Shown here: piece by piece, positions 55,683 to 64,000 of the stretch
How positions within the stretch are numbered: position 1 is the first letter of the stretch
Layout: every line of letters begins with the position of its first letter
Assembly (NCBI GenBank): GCA_018645005.1
Contig: JABGPJ010000083.1
Coordinates: 585 to 64,584 of the forward strand
From: Deltaproteobacteria bacterium
GTDB lineage: Bacteria > SAR324 > XYD2-FULL-50-16
Direction of reading: 5' to 3'
Length of the DNA: 64,000 nucleotides
The notes under the pieces: model-generated
Told to the model about the DNA's origin: nothing
The model's input: the letters and a program-made list of their open reading frames with translations, nothing else
The model's database searches: none
Position numbers and translations under genes: made by a program

Positions 55683-55822
55683 CAAAAATAACTTCACATA
55701 ATCTATCTACAAAAGTCCTAAAATTACTGGACATTTTGCACATAGAATGTGACAGCAACGTGTTTCCTTTTCATTAATAGGAAACACTTGACTAATTTTT
55801 GAGCCGACCCTGAGAACAGGGT
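55683..55822 (+). repeat. third copy of the imperfect-palindrome repeat family, upstream of clpS
   Basis: The 5' end CAAAAATAACTTCACATAATCTATCTACAAAAGTCC and 3' end AATTTTTGAGCCGACCCTGAGA match the 19.2-kb element termini. An internal 8-bp hairpin insert (GTGTTTCC-12 nt-GGAAACAC, 55760-55787) and a terminal hairpin (ACCCTG-AGAA-CAGGGT, 55807-55822) are present. Confidence 0.65.
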
Positions 55823-55911
55823 GATGAGAAAAAGCGGATGATGACCGATTGAAGAAAGATCGTTTTTTTTACCCAGGTTCGTATTAATTCATTCCCAAAA
55901 TAATTTGTACC

Positions 55912-56229
55912 ATGTCTGAAGATTACGAGCGGGGAAGCTCCAATCAGATTGATACCGAAGATAAGCAGAGAATTGAACTGCCGAAACAGTATAAAGTGAT
56001 TTTGCACAACGACGATTACACTCCCATGGAATTTGTCGTGGAAGTCCTCATTGAAGTATTTAAAAAAGATGAGCTTGCGGCTACGAATATTATGTTGAAT
56101 GTTCACAATCTCGGTCAGGGCGTTTGCGGAATTTATTCCTATGAAATAGCTGAGACCAAGGTTGCCCGGGTTCATGATCTTGCTCAGCAGTACGAATATC
56201 CTTTAAAGGCCAGTATGGAGGCGGAATAA
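55912..56229 (+). CDS. clpS: ATP-dependent Clp protease adaptor ClpS
   Basis: 105 aa with YKVILHNDDYTPMEFVVEVL and the GVCGIY.YEIAE core. Confidence 0.93.
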   Translation: MSEDYERGSSNQIDTEDKQRIELPKQYKVILHNDDYTPMEFVVEVLIEVFKKDELAATNIMLNVHNLGQGVCGIYSYEIAETKVARVHDLAQQYEYPLKASMEAE

Positions 56230-56234
56230 GACTT

Positions 56235-58496
56235 ATGGGAGAAAAATATCGAGAGGATCGGATAATCAGCCGAGAATTAGAAATATCATTGATTGCAGCT
56301 GTACGGGATGCTCAAAAAAGAAGACATGAATATGTAACTCTAGAGCATGTTTTTTACGCGATTCTTTTCGATCCAAAATCCGCTCAAGTCATTGAGGACT
56401 GCGGTGGAAACATTTCTGAATTGAAATATCTTGTCGATCAGTATCTGACGACAAAAATAGAACCACTTCCTGACGAAGTCACGCAGGATCCTGTACAGAC
56501 ACTTTCTTTTCAGCGTTTGATGCAGCGGGTCATGAACCACATCCAAAGTTCGGGCAAAAAAGCGGCAGACGGCGGAGATGTTTTGGTCGCATTTTTCAAA
56601 GAGGAGGATTCCCACACTGTCTTTTTTCTGAAATCGCAGGGGATTACACGTCTGGATGTGTTACGTTCCATATCCCATTCTGGTCTGAAAGATCCCTCTT
56701 TTCAAGAAGAGGATAAGCAAAAAACGGCGACTCGTGAGAAGGGGTCCAAAAAAAGTGCTCTGGAAGCATATACGGTCAACCTGACTCAGATGGCTGCAGA
56801 AGATAAAATCGATCCGGTGATTGGACGTAGCGAGATCCTGGAAAGAACTATGCAGGTGCTGTGTCGTCGCAGGAAAAACAATCCGATTTTCGTCGGTGAT
56901 CCAGGTGTTGGAAAGACAGCCATCTCAGAAGGGCTTGCTCTGAAAATCGCCTCTGGAAAAATCCCGGAAATACTGAAAGAGGGAGAGATATTCAGTTTGG
57001 ATATGGGGGCTTTACTGGCGGGGACAAAATTCAGGGGAGACTTCGAACAGCGGCTGAAATCTGTTATTGTCGAAATTGAAAAACGTCCCAAGGCGATTCT
57101 GTTTATTGACGAAATCCATACCATCGTTGGGGCCGGCTCCACCAGTGGTAGTTCTATGGATGCATCCAATATTCTCAAACCGGCTCTGGTTTCCAAGAAC
57201 ATTAGTTGTATGGGGGCGACAACCTATCCTGAATACCGGAATTTTTTTGAAAAAGATCGCGCGCTGTCCAGGCGTTTTCAAAAAATAGATATTCCGGAGC
57301 CGACCGTTGATGAAACAGTAAAAATTTTAAATGGGCTCAAACCGAAGTATGAAGAGCATTATCGCATCAAGTATTCTTCGACATCCATCAAACAGGCTGC
57401 AGAACTGTCTTCAAAATATATCAACGACCGTTTTTTGCCTGATAAGGCCATTGATGTGATCGATGAAGCTGGAGCCGCTTGTATGTTGCTTTCTCCTTCC
57501 AAGAAACGTAATACCATCGGTGTTCCTGATATTGAAAAGGTGGTTTCGCAAATTGCCAGAGTACCGGTCAGACAAACTGTTAAATCGGATATTGAATCGC
57601 TTAAACTGCTACAGACAAAACTTCAGCAGCGAGTCTTTGGACAAGATGAAGCTATTACGCATATCACAACCAGCATTAAGAGAAACAAAGCCGGGCTGGG
57701 ACATCCGGAACGACCTATCGGTTCTTTTTTATTTACCGGTCCGACGGGGGTTGGCAAAACAGAAGTAAGTCGACAAATTGCCAACATCCTGAATATTAAT
57801 TTTGAACGTTACGATATGAGTGAATATATGGAGAAACACTCTGTATCGCGCCTGATTGGTTCACCACCCGGATATGTTGGATTTGAACAGGGTGGCTTAA
57901 TGACCGAGGCAATCCGAAAACACCCGCATACGGTACTGCTTTTAGATGAAATTGAAAAAGCACACCCAGATATTTTCAATATTTTATTGCAGATTATGGA
58001 TCATGCAACGCTGACCGATAACAGCGGGCAGGAAGCAGATTTCAGGAACGTTATCTTAATCTTGACGTCAAATGCAGGTTCCCAGGATAGAGGGGCAAAA
58101 ACCATTGGTTTCGCTTCTACCAACGAGCAAAAAGAGATGGAAGCAGTTGAAAGACTGTTTCCTCCAGAATTTCGCAATCGACTTGATGCAATTGTCACAT
58201 TTAATTCATTGACAGCTAAGGTGATGCTGTATGTTGTTGATAAGTTTATCGATGAATTGCAGGATCAGCTCAGAGTCAAAAAAGTGGTTTTGGAACTCTC
58301 TAAAAGTGCCAAGGAATGGCTGGGGAAAAAAGGATACAGTGTTGATTACGGTGCACGTCCACTTGCTCGTGTTATCCAGACAGAGATCAAAGACCAGCTC
58401 TCAGATGCCATCCTCTTTGGAGAACTAATCAAAGGCGGGAAGGTCACGATCAACTGTGTCGACGATAAGCTTGTGCAGAGCTATGAATCCGATTGA
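56235..58496 (+). CDS. clpA: ATP-dependent Clp protease ATP-binding subunit ClpA
   Basis: 753 aa with a Clp_N repeat N-terminus, two AAA+ modules (GDPGVGKTA / FIDEIH; GPTGVGKTE / LLLDEIEKAH) and no ClpB-type middle coiled coil. It follows clpS by 5 nt. Confidence 0.94.
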   Translation: MGEKYREDRIISRELEISLIAAVRDAQKRRHEYVTLEHVFYAILFDPKSAQVIEDCGGNISELKYLVDQYLTTKIEPLPDEVTQDPVQTLSFQRLMQRVMNHIQSSGKKAADGGDVLVAFFKEEDSHTVFFLKSQGITRLDVLRSISHSGLKDPSFQEEDKQKTATREKGSKKSALEAYTVNLTQMAAEDKIDPVIGRSEILERTMQVLCRRRKNNPIFVGDPGVGKTAISEGLALKIASGKIPEILKEGEIFSLDMGALLAGTKFRGDFEQRLKSVIVEIEKRPKAILFIDEIHTIVGAGSTSGSSMDASNILKPALVSKNISCMGATTYPEYRNFFEKDRALSRRFQKIDIPEPTVDETVKILNGLKPKYEEHYRIKYSSTSIKQAAELSSKYINDRFLPDKAIDVIDEAGAACMLLSPSKKRNTIGVPDIEKVVSQIARVPVRQTVKSDIESLKLLQTKLQQRVFGQDEAITHITTSIKRNKAGLGHPERPIGSFLFTGPTGVGKTEVSRQIANILNINFERYDMSEYMEKHSVSRLIGSPPGYVGFEQGGLMTEAIRKHPHTVLLLDEIEKAHPDIFNILLQIMDHATLTDNSGQEADFRNVILILTSNAGSQDRGAKTIGFASTNEQKEMEAVERLFPPEFRNRLDAIVTFNSLTAKVMLYVVDKFIDELQDQLRVKKVVLELSKSAKEWLGKKGYSVDYGARPLARVIQTEIKDQLSDAILFGELIKGGKVTINCVDDKLVQSYESD

Positions 58497-58525
58497 CAGG
58501 CAACTTCACACTTCAATTCAACAAA

Positions 58526-58559
58526 TCAGGGGCTGATGATTCAATACGAACGCCCCTGA
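58526..58559. terminator. GC-rich hairpin between convergent clpA and hisB (terminator candidate, better context on the minus strand)
   Basis: TCAGGGGC-18 nt-GCCCCTGA forms an 8-bp stem. The minus-strand continuation is TTTGTTGAATTG. The plus-strand tail is not U-rich. Confidence 0.4.
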
Positions 58560-58613
58560 GTCTTCGAAATTCCCCAAATATAACGCTTCGAACCTTTCCA
58601 ACGTTTCTATTTA

Positions 58614-59195
58614 TTAAAGAACACCTTTGGAAGACGGTATTTTATCGGTCGTGACAGTGATTGCCTGAGCCAGTGCTTTTCCGAATCCTTTAAACAGCGA
58701 CTCTACCCTATGATGATCGTTGCTGCCATAGACGATTTCTTGATGAAGGGTCAGTTTTGCACTTGTGGCAAAGCTGTTAAAAAAATGTTGTGTCATTTCA
58801 ACCGGAAAACTTCCAATTTCTTCCGTCCCAAAATCGCCGTGAAAGATATGGCATGGGCGACCGGAAATATCAATGACAGTTCGCGTAAGGGTTTCATCCA
58901 TTGGCAGAAAAACGGTTGCGTATCTTGCAATCCCTTTGCGGTCCCCAAGCGCTTCGAAAAAACTGTTTCCAAGTACGATGGCGATGTCTTCGATGGAATG
59001 GTGTGCGCAGACGTGGAGATCACCTTGACAACTGAGGGTTAAGTCGAATCCCGAATGAAAAGCCCAGAGATCCAGCATGTGATCCAGGAATCCAATTCCA
59101 GTCTGAACTTCGCTGACTCCTTTACCAGCCAGATTCAGTTGGCCACGGATGTCTGTCTCATTTGTTTTTCGATGAAAATTTGTCTTTCTATTCAT
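58614..59195 (-). CDS. hisB: imidazoleglycerol-phosphate dehydratase (monofunctional)
   Basis: 193 aa with GIGFLDHML, HH..ED and the GSNDHHR.ES.FK motifs. Confidence 0.93.
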   Translation of the reverse strand: MNRKTNFHRKTNETDIRGQLNLAGKGVSEVQTGIGFLDHMLDLWAFHSGFDLTLSCQGDLHVCAHHSIEDIAIVLGNSFFEALGDRKGIARYATVFLPMDETLTRTVIDISGRPCHIFHGDFGTEEIGSFPVEMTQHFFNSFATSAKLTLHQEIVYGSNDHHRVESLFKGFGKALAQAITVTTDKIPSSKGVL

Positions 59196-59198
59196 AGC

Positions 59199-60479
59199 TC
59201 AATCCTTTTTTAGCCGCGCTCTTACCGCCGCTGCGTGTGCATGGAGATCTTCGAGTTCAGCGAATCGTGCAATTGTTTCTCCCTCAAGGGAGAGTCTGTT
59301 TTCTGAGTACTTTATCAGAGACGAATGTTTTTGAAAATCCCGTACTGAAAGTGGAGAGCCGTACTTTGCAGCGCCGCCTGTTGGGATGGTATGATTCGGC
59401 CCCGCAAAATAGTCACCAACGGTTTCGGTTGACCATTTACCGACGAAAATAGCACCCGCATTTCTAATCCGTTCGAGTTTTGATTCGTCGCTAATCAGCA
59501 CTTCCAGATGTTCAGGGGCGATAGTGTTGACAATATCGATTCCATCATCAATCGTATCAACCAGGATTATTTTCCCTTTTCCCTGAAATGATTTTCTGAT
59601 TATCTCATTTCTAGGGAGGGAAGGTACCAGTTCATCGATTCTCTTCTGAACTTCCAATGCGGTCTGTTTTTGTGTCGTGATTAGCAGTGAACGTGCTTCT
59701 TCATCGTGTTCAGCCTGGGTTAAAAGATCCCTGACAATAAATTCAGACGGGACAGACTGATCATCATGTAGAATTAAAATCTCACTGGGTCCAGCAACGG
59801 AATCTATTCCAACTTTGCCAAAAACCTGTCGTTTGGCTTCAGCGACAAACCGATTTCCCGGGCCGGTAATTTTAAAAGCAGGAGCAATAGTTTCAGTACC
59901 GTATGCCATCGCTGCGATAGCCTGAGCACCTCCCACGCCATGAACTTCCTCAATTCCCAACATGCTGCAGATCCCCAGAACCAGATGGTGGGGAAACCCG
60001 TCCTCACCCGGTGGTGAGACAATCATGATGGACGGCACTTCTGCAATTTGAGCCGGTACAGCATTCATGATTAATGAAGAGGGGTAAAACGCCTTTCCAC
60101 CAGGAATGTAAATTCCAACCCGATCCAACGGCCGCACAATTTCCCCCAGGACAGTTCCATCATCTTCTTTTTTTTCCCAGGACTTTGATAATTGTAACTG
60201 GTGGAAACGGCGAATATTCTGTACCGCTTGTTCAATGATCTGGCGTGTTTCAGATGTGATGCGTTTCTCCGCATCGCGCAGTTTTTCGATGGGTACAGTG
60301 ACTGAATTTATTTGAACCCCATCAAATTGTTTTGTATAATCAAGGAGCGCTTGATCTCCAAACTCGATAACCCTCTTGATAATTTTTGACACTAGCTGGG
60401 TTAAGGTTTGGTCGACTGGCGCTTTGATCAGATCATCGAGCGGACAATCTCGGTGATGAACAATTTCAATTAATGACAT
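59199..60479 (-). CDS. hisD: histidinol dehydrogenase
   Basis: 426 aa with YIPGG.A.YPSS..M...PA..A, GGAQAIAA.AYGT, AGPSE and QAEHD motifs. It lies 3 nt upstream of hisB. Confidence 0.94.
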   Translation of the reverse strand: MSLIEIVHHRDCPLDDLIKAPVDQTLTQLVSKIIKRVIEFGDQALLDYTKQFDGVQINSVTVPIEKLRDAEKRITSETRQIIEQAVQNIRRFHQLQLSKSWEKKEDDGTVLGEIVRPLDRVGIYIPGGKAFYPSSLIMNAVPAQIAEVPSIMIVSPPGEDGFPHHLVLGICSMLGIEEVHGVGGAQAIAAMAYGTETIAPAFKITGPGNRFVAEAKRQVFGKVGIDSVAGPSEILILHDDQSVPSEFIVRDLLTQAEHDEEARSLLITTQKQTALEVQKRIDELVPSLPRNEIIRKSFQGKGKIILVDTIDDGIDIVNTIAPEHLEVLISDESKLERIRNAGAIFVGKWSTETVGDYFAGPNHTIPTGGAAKYGSPLSVRDFQKHSSLIKYSENRLSLEGETIARFAELEDLHAHAAAVRARLKKD

Positions 60480-60649
60480 CTGTTCTTTTTGCTTTTGGTT
60501 GTGTCTATAAATGAATACAGTTTTCCAGTACTCAAGGAGATGATTGACTGAAGGTGTGACTGGTTCCTGATTAGGTTCTGTTTACGGCTGGATGAGAAAC
60601 AGATTTCAGTCAGTAGAGTTAACTGTGAACTTTCCCGGCAGATTTCCAA

Positions 60650-60678
60650 TTACTTTTTGCATAAGACACCGGTATAAT
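60650..60678 (+). promoter_or_regulatory. candidate sigma70-type promoter for ORF 60902
   Basis: TTACTT (60650-60655), a 17-nt spacer, then consensus TATAAT (60673-60678). It would give a ~220-nt leader. Pattern match only. Confidence 0.3.
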
Positions 60679-60901
60679 GATTCTTATATCCCTGATACAT
60701 CCGTGTTTATACCATTTTGAAATTGAGTCGATCAACGTTTCTTTTGGGAATTTAGTTTTTTAGCGGTTCTATCAATCTTTCAGTTGTTTTATAATATGAG
60801 CAAGACAAAAACCTGTGTAAGGTACTAAAAATTAGATTTTGGAATTCATTTTGATGTAAATTGAGGATGATTAACGAAAGTAACGGAAAAGTTCAATAAC
60901 A

Positions 60902-62278
60902 ATGGAAGATAAGACACAGTCTTTGATCAATCAAGCGCCACTACCCGGTGGAATCGAGACAGATGATTTGAATATTCTACAGCAGATTGCGCGTGATCAT
61001 GTTATTGAGCCGTTTGCTGGTAAAAAGAGCCTTGAAACCATTCAAAAAACGAGAAGTGGTGTAGAGAAAGGGCTCACGAAGCTCAAAAGCGCCAGTTCCA
61101 AAGCAGGAGATTGGATTTCAAAAACAAAGCTGGCGGATCAGTCCCAAAAAAGAGTTTCCAGATTTGTTCAGGAAATAAAAGAAAAACAGTCATCTGAGTC
61201 CATCACAGGTTTTTTTGAAAAACTTAATCACGCAACGGAAGATTTTCAAAAAATGGCCAAAAAAGGGTACACCGGTCTAGAAGAAAAAACCAAGCGGTTA
61301 ACATTCACTTTTATAGAAAAAGGCCTGGAGTTGCTGCTTTATGAAGATGCCGCCAGTTGGATACTCAAACGTGCCAACAGCTGTCTGCATCGATCAGATA
61401 TCGATAGTTTGGATCAGATCGTTCAGCTCTCTAACAGCGATCATGAAAAATTGATTAAGGAGTTTTATCCTTATGATAGCCCTGTTTTCCAAAAGTATTT
61501 GAAGCGGTTCGATCTATCTGTCAATGTTGGTCTGGGGGCAGTTGTAGCGACTAATATACCAGGCACCGGTCTGTTGGTGAGTCTGGTGAACATGGGGAAA
61601 ACCCTGGTAAAGATAGGGAACCGTTTGAATATTATGTCGGCTATTTACGGCAGGCAGATTGCCAGCGCTAATGCTTTGTTTAAAGTCAGTGCTAGCATTC
61701 TCCGATCACTTGAAGACTGGGAGAATAACCAGGAGCATATTCCATTAGACTCTGGTATTTTGGATGGTCTTTATCAAACCGATGTAGAAGATGATAGCGA
61801 GGCCTTTCAAGACCTGCTCGGTTCTGTCGTGCGCAAAGAAGCGTACATAGCCATTCCGGGTGTTGGCATGATCAGCCTTGGGAAAATCAACCTGGATGAT
61901 GTAAAGATGGACCTGGTCGTTTCGCACCTGGTAATAAATTACGCAGAAAAAATCCGCATAATCGACCTATATGGCGAAGAAAATGTTAATTTGGTTTTGA
62001 ACGACTTTCGTCAAATATACGAGGCATTTGAGAAAAATGGATTTTTTAAGGCGATGCGTAAGAAAATCGAAGCGGATCGTCTGAAGGCCGATAAAGAGAA
62101 ATGGAAATTGCGCTTGAAAATTCTAGCTGGAATAGACATGGCTTTGGATGAAACCTCAAAAAATCTGGACCAACAGGTTAAGCAGATATTCCTTTCAACC
62201 TATTTACTGGATAAAGAGGACAAAACCGCTCAGATTCAACATGCGGTAGCTGAAGTATTTAAGCTCTATTTCAACTAA
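60902..62278 (+). CDS. hypothetical protein, possibly EcsC-like
   Basis: 458-aa ORF. The central segment VNVGLGAVVATNIPGTGLLVSLVNMGKTLVKIGNRLNIMSAIYG loosely resembles the Gly-rich core of B. subtilis EcsC as I recall it. The rest is helical and K/E-rich. Confidence 0.55.
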   Translation: MEDKTQSLINQAPLPGGIETDDLNILQQIARDHVIEPFAGKKSLETIQKTRSGVEKGLTKLKSASSKAGDWISKTKLADQSQKRVSRFVQEIKEKQSSESITGFFEKLNHATEDFQKMAKKGYTGLEEKTKRLTFTFIEKGLELLLYEDAASWILKRANSCLHRSDIDSLDQIVQLSNSDHEKLIKEFYPYDSPVFQKYLKRFDLSVNVGLGAVVATNIPGTGLLVSLVNMGKTLVKIGNRLNIMSAIYGRQIASANALFKVSASILRSLEDWENNQEHIPLDSGILDGLYQTDVEDDSEAFQDLLGSVVRKEAYIAIPGVGMISLGKINLDDVKMDLVVSHLVINYAEKIRIIDLYGEENVNLVLNDFRQIYEAFEKNGFFKAMRKKIEADRLKADKEKWKLRLKILAGIDMALDETSKNLDQQVKQIFLSTYLLDKEDKTAQIQHAVAEVFKLYFN

Positions 62279-62357
62279 TTTCCTGGCCGCATTTGGCTTA
62301 TCACTGTTTTATACCTGATCGAATGCGCCTCATCTTAATAACAAATCGTGGCAGGAT

Positions 62358-63134
62358 ATGATCGATATCGAAGTACGTAATCTTGATTGTGCTTTCATTC
62401 AAAACAACGGTACACCGATCAACGTGATCCAGGACCTGTCATTCAACGTCCGAAAAGGTGAATTCATTGTTATCCTGGGAGAGTCGGGGTGTGGAAAGTC
62501 AACCATTCTGCAACTGTTATCCGGCCTTATTTTCCCTACTGCTGGAGAAATTATTGTCAACGGTCATCCACTAACCAGACCCGATCCGGCAATCTCGCTT
62601 CTTTTTCAAGGGTCGACGCTTCTACCCTGGTTGAACGTCTCAGACAACATACAATTTGGCTGTCGTATACGTAAAGATTTAAGAGATTTACCTGATAGAG
62701 TCGATCGGTATCTGCGAATGATGAAACTGGAACAATATCGTTCCTTTTATCCTCAGGAGCTATCTGTCGGTCTTTCAAAAAGAGTAGATCTTGCCAGGGC
62801 TTTAATCGGTAATCCCAAAGCATTGTTATTGGACGAACCATTTGCGCCATTGGACTATTACACCAAGAAACGGCTTCTGCATGAACTGCTGTCGATCTGG
62901 AATGAGGTTCAGATGACTTGTGTGTATGTCACTCATGATATAGAAGAAGCATTACAATTGGGCCAGAGAATACTGATCATGAACAATGATCCCGGATCTA
63001 TTGCCTTTCAAATGGAGGTTCCATTACCATATCCCAGAATAATCACTGACCAGGATTTCATAAGGTTAAAAAAAGAGCTACTGGATGAATTCAGTCTGAT
63101 ATCCAACTCATTGACGAGCATAAATAATGAATAA
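62358..63134 (+). CDS. ABC transporter ATP-binding protein (nitrate/sulfonate/bicarbonate NitT/TauT type)
   Basis: 258 aa with Walker A GESGCGKST, signature-position LSVGLSKR and Walker B LLLDEPF. Confidence 0.88.
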   Translation: MIDIEVRNLDCAFIQNNGTPINVIQDLSFNVRKGEFIVILGESGCGKSTILQLLSGLIFPTAGEIIVNGHPLTRPDPAISLLFQGSTLLPWLNVSDNIQFGCRIRKDLRDLPDRVDRYLRMMKLEQYRSFYPQELSVGLSKRVDLARALIGNPKALLLDEPFAPLDYYTKKRLLHELLSIWNEVQMTCVYVTHDIEEALQLGQRILIMNNDPGSIAFQMEVPLPYPRIITDQDFIRLKKELLDEFSLISNSLTSINNE

Positions 63135-64000
63135 TTTCTCCCGTCGTGATTTCATTAAAACGGCCTCAAAGATAGTCGGGGTGGCTGGTGCGCACTCGGC
63201 CTTTTACATACCAGAGTTGCTATCAGCCGAACAGCGGACTCTCAGGATTGGATATTTACCCATCATCGATTCCGCACCTTTGCTGATTGCATATGCCAAT
63301 GGTTATTTCAAGGATGAGGGGTTGAAGCTGGCCAGACCCAGAATGATTCGAAGCTGGTCAACGCTCTCTGAATCTTTTATGGCGAATAAGTTTAATCTGG
63401 TTCATTTACTGTTTCCAATTCCCTTGTGGATGCGTTATCAGAATCGTATTCCGGTCAAGATTCTCGCCTGGGATCATACTAACGGCAGTGCAATTACCGT
63501 CAGAGCCGATTCAGGGATACTTAGTTTTTCGGATCTTGGTGGCAAACAGATAGCGGTGCCATACTGGTACTCCATGCACAACATGATCATACAGATGGGT
63601 CTCCGCAAGGCCGGCTTGACACCAGTCATCCAACCACAAAACAAGAGGTTGGAAAAAAATCAAGTTAATCTCTTTGTCCTTTCACCACCCCAAATGGCAC
63701 CTGCCCTACTGGGTGGAAAAATCGACGGGTATATTGTTGCTGAACCATTCAACGCCCTGGCAGAGTTAAAAATAAAAGCACGAATCATGAGATTTGTGGG
63801 TGATATATGGAAAAATCACCCGTGCTGCGTTGTGGTTATGAAAGAGGCCTTGGTGAAAAACAGCCCGGTGTTCACCGCAAAGGTCGTTCACGCTGTGGCA
63901 AGGGCTCAGCTCTGGATCAATCAAAATCGCGAAAAGACGGCAAAGATTCTTTCAAGGGAAGAGACCCGTCTTTTACCCCAAAGCTACCGAATTCTAAATC
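63127..64000 (+). CDS. NrtA/SsuA-type periplasmic substrate-binding protein with Tat signal (partial, runs off window end)
   Basis: This ORF is not in the track because it has no stop in the window. ATG 63127 overlaps the ATPase stop by 8 nt. It has the twin-arginine motif MNNFSRRDFIK and the LRIGYLPIIDSAPLLIAYANGYFKDEGL motif typical of NrtA/CmpA-like binding proteins. Confidence 0.8.
   Translation, partial: MNNFSRRDFIKTASKIVGVAGAHSAFYIPELLSAEQRTLRIGYLPIIDSAPLLIAYANGYFKDEGLKLARPRMIRSWSTLSESFMANKFNLVHLLFPIPLWMRYQNRIPVKILAWDHTNGSAITVRADSGILSFSDLGGKQIAVPYWYSMHNMIIQMGLRKAGLTPVIQPQNKRLEKNQVNLFVLSPPQMAPALLGGKIDGYIVAEPFNALAELKIKARIMRFVGDIWKNHPCCVVVMKEALVKNSPVFTAKVVHAVARAQLWINQNREKTAKILSREETRLLPQSYRILN

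Noticed and set aside
55801-55830. CUGAGA-containing sequence (GAGCCGACCCTGAGAACAGGGTG) as a TPP riboswitch fragment
   Set aside because: Only the CUGAGA hexamer matches. The ACCUGAUCUGGAUAAUGCCAGCG-type pyrimidine-sensing half and the surrounding helices are absent. The sequence is the conserved 3' tail of the repeat family.
55792-56175. 127-aa minus-strand ORF from the track
   Set aside because: It lies antisense to the clearly recognisable clpS gene and extends into the repeat element. It has no motif and is a typical shadow ORF.
60480-60901. Histidine-operon leader peptide/attenuator upstream of hisD (minus strand)
   Set aside because: There is no run of His codons (GTG/ATG runs on the plus strand) and no alternative terminator/antiterminator pairings. 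Only a weak CTGTTT..AAACAG hairpin is present.

Overview
The window is a compact, mostly housekeeping stretch of chromosome from a Gram-negative-type bacterium. LPS-core genes (waaA, kdsB, a heptose-1-P adenylyltransferase) and an Omp85-type barrel support that. It looks moderately AT-rich by eye, and the lineage cannot be assigned from sequence alone. I support about 55 protein genes. They cover replication and repair (dnaB-dciA, ruvB, recO), translation and RNA modification (infA, rsmA, miaB, queG, dus), biosynthesis (hemE, purM, ilvD, hisDB, glgA, ackA), envelope functions (rodA, mltB-like) and proteolysis (clpS-clpA), plus transporters. I found no rRNA, tRNA, CRISPR array, transposase, integrase or recognisable defence genes. 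Several things are not explained by ordinary annotation:
- An ERIC/Correia-like imperfect-palindrome repeat family has three copies: a 335-bp long form with an abutting short form at 19.2-19.6 kb, and a third copy just upstream of clpS at 55.7 kb.
- A tight same-strand cluster encodes an RCK K+ channel, an exported ~14-blade WD40 protein with an unknown C-terminal domain, and a heterodimeric ABC exporter (20.6-28.1 kb). An orphan 575-aa protein is transcribed divergently from it.
- A ~900-aa exported protein appears to join a degenerate M1-peptidase-like body to an Omp85-type barrel (46.2-48.9 kb).
- dnaB and dciA are translationally coupled.
- A U32-family paralog lacks the Fe-S cysteine motif and sits behind a nested-hairpin leader.
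- Several lineage-specific orphan proteins are present.
All functional calls rest on motif recognition by eye. No database search was run.
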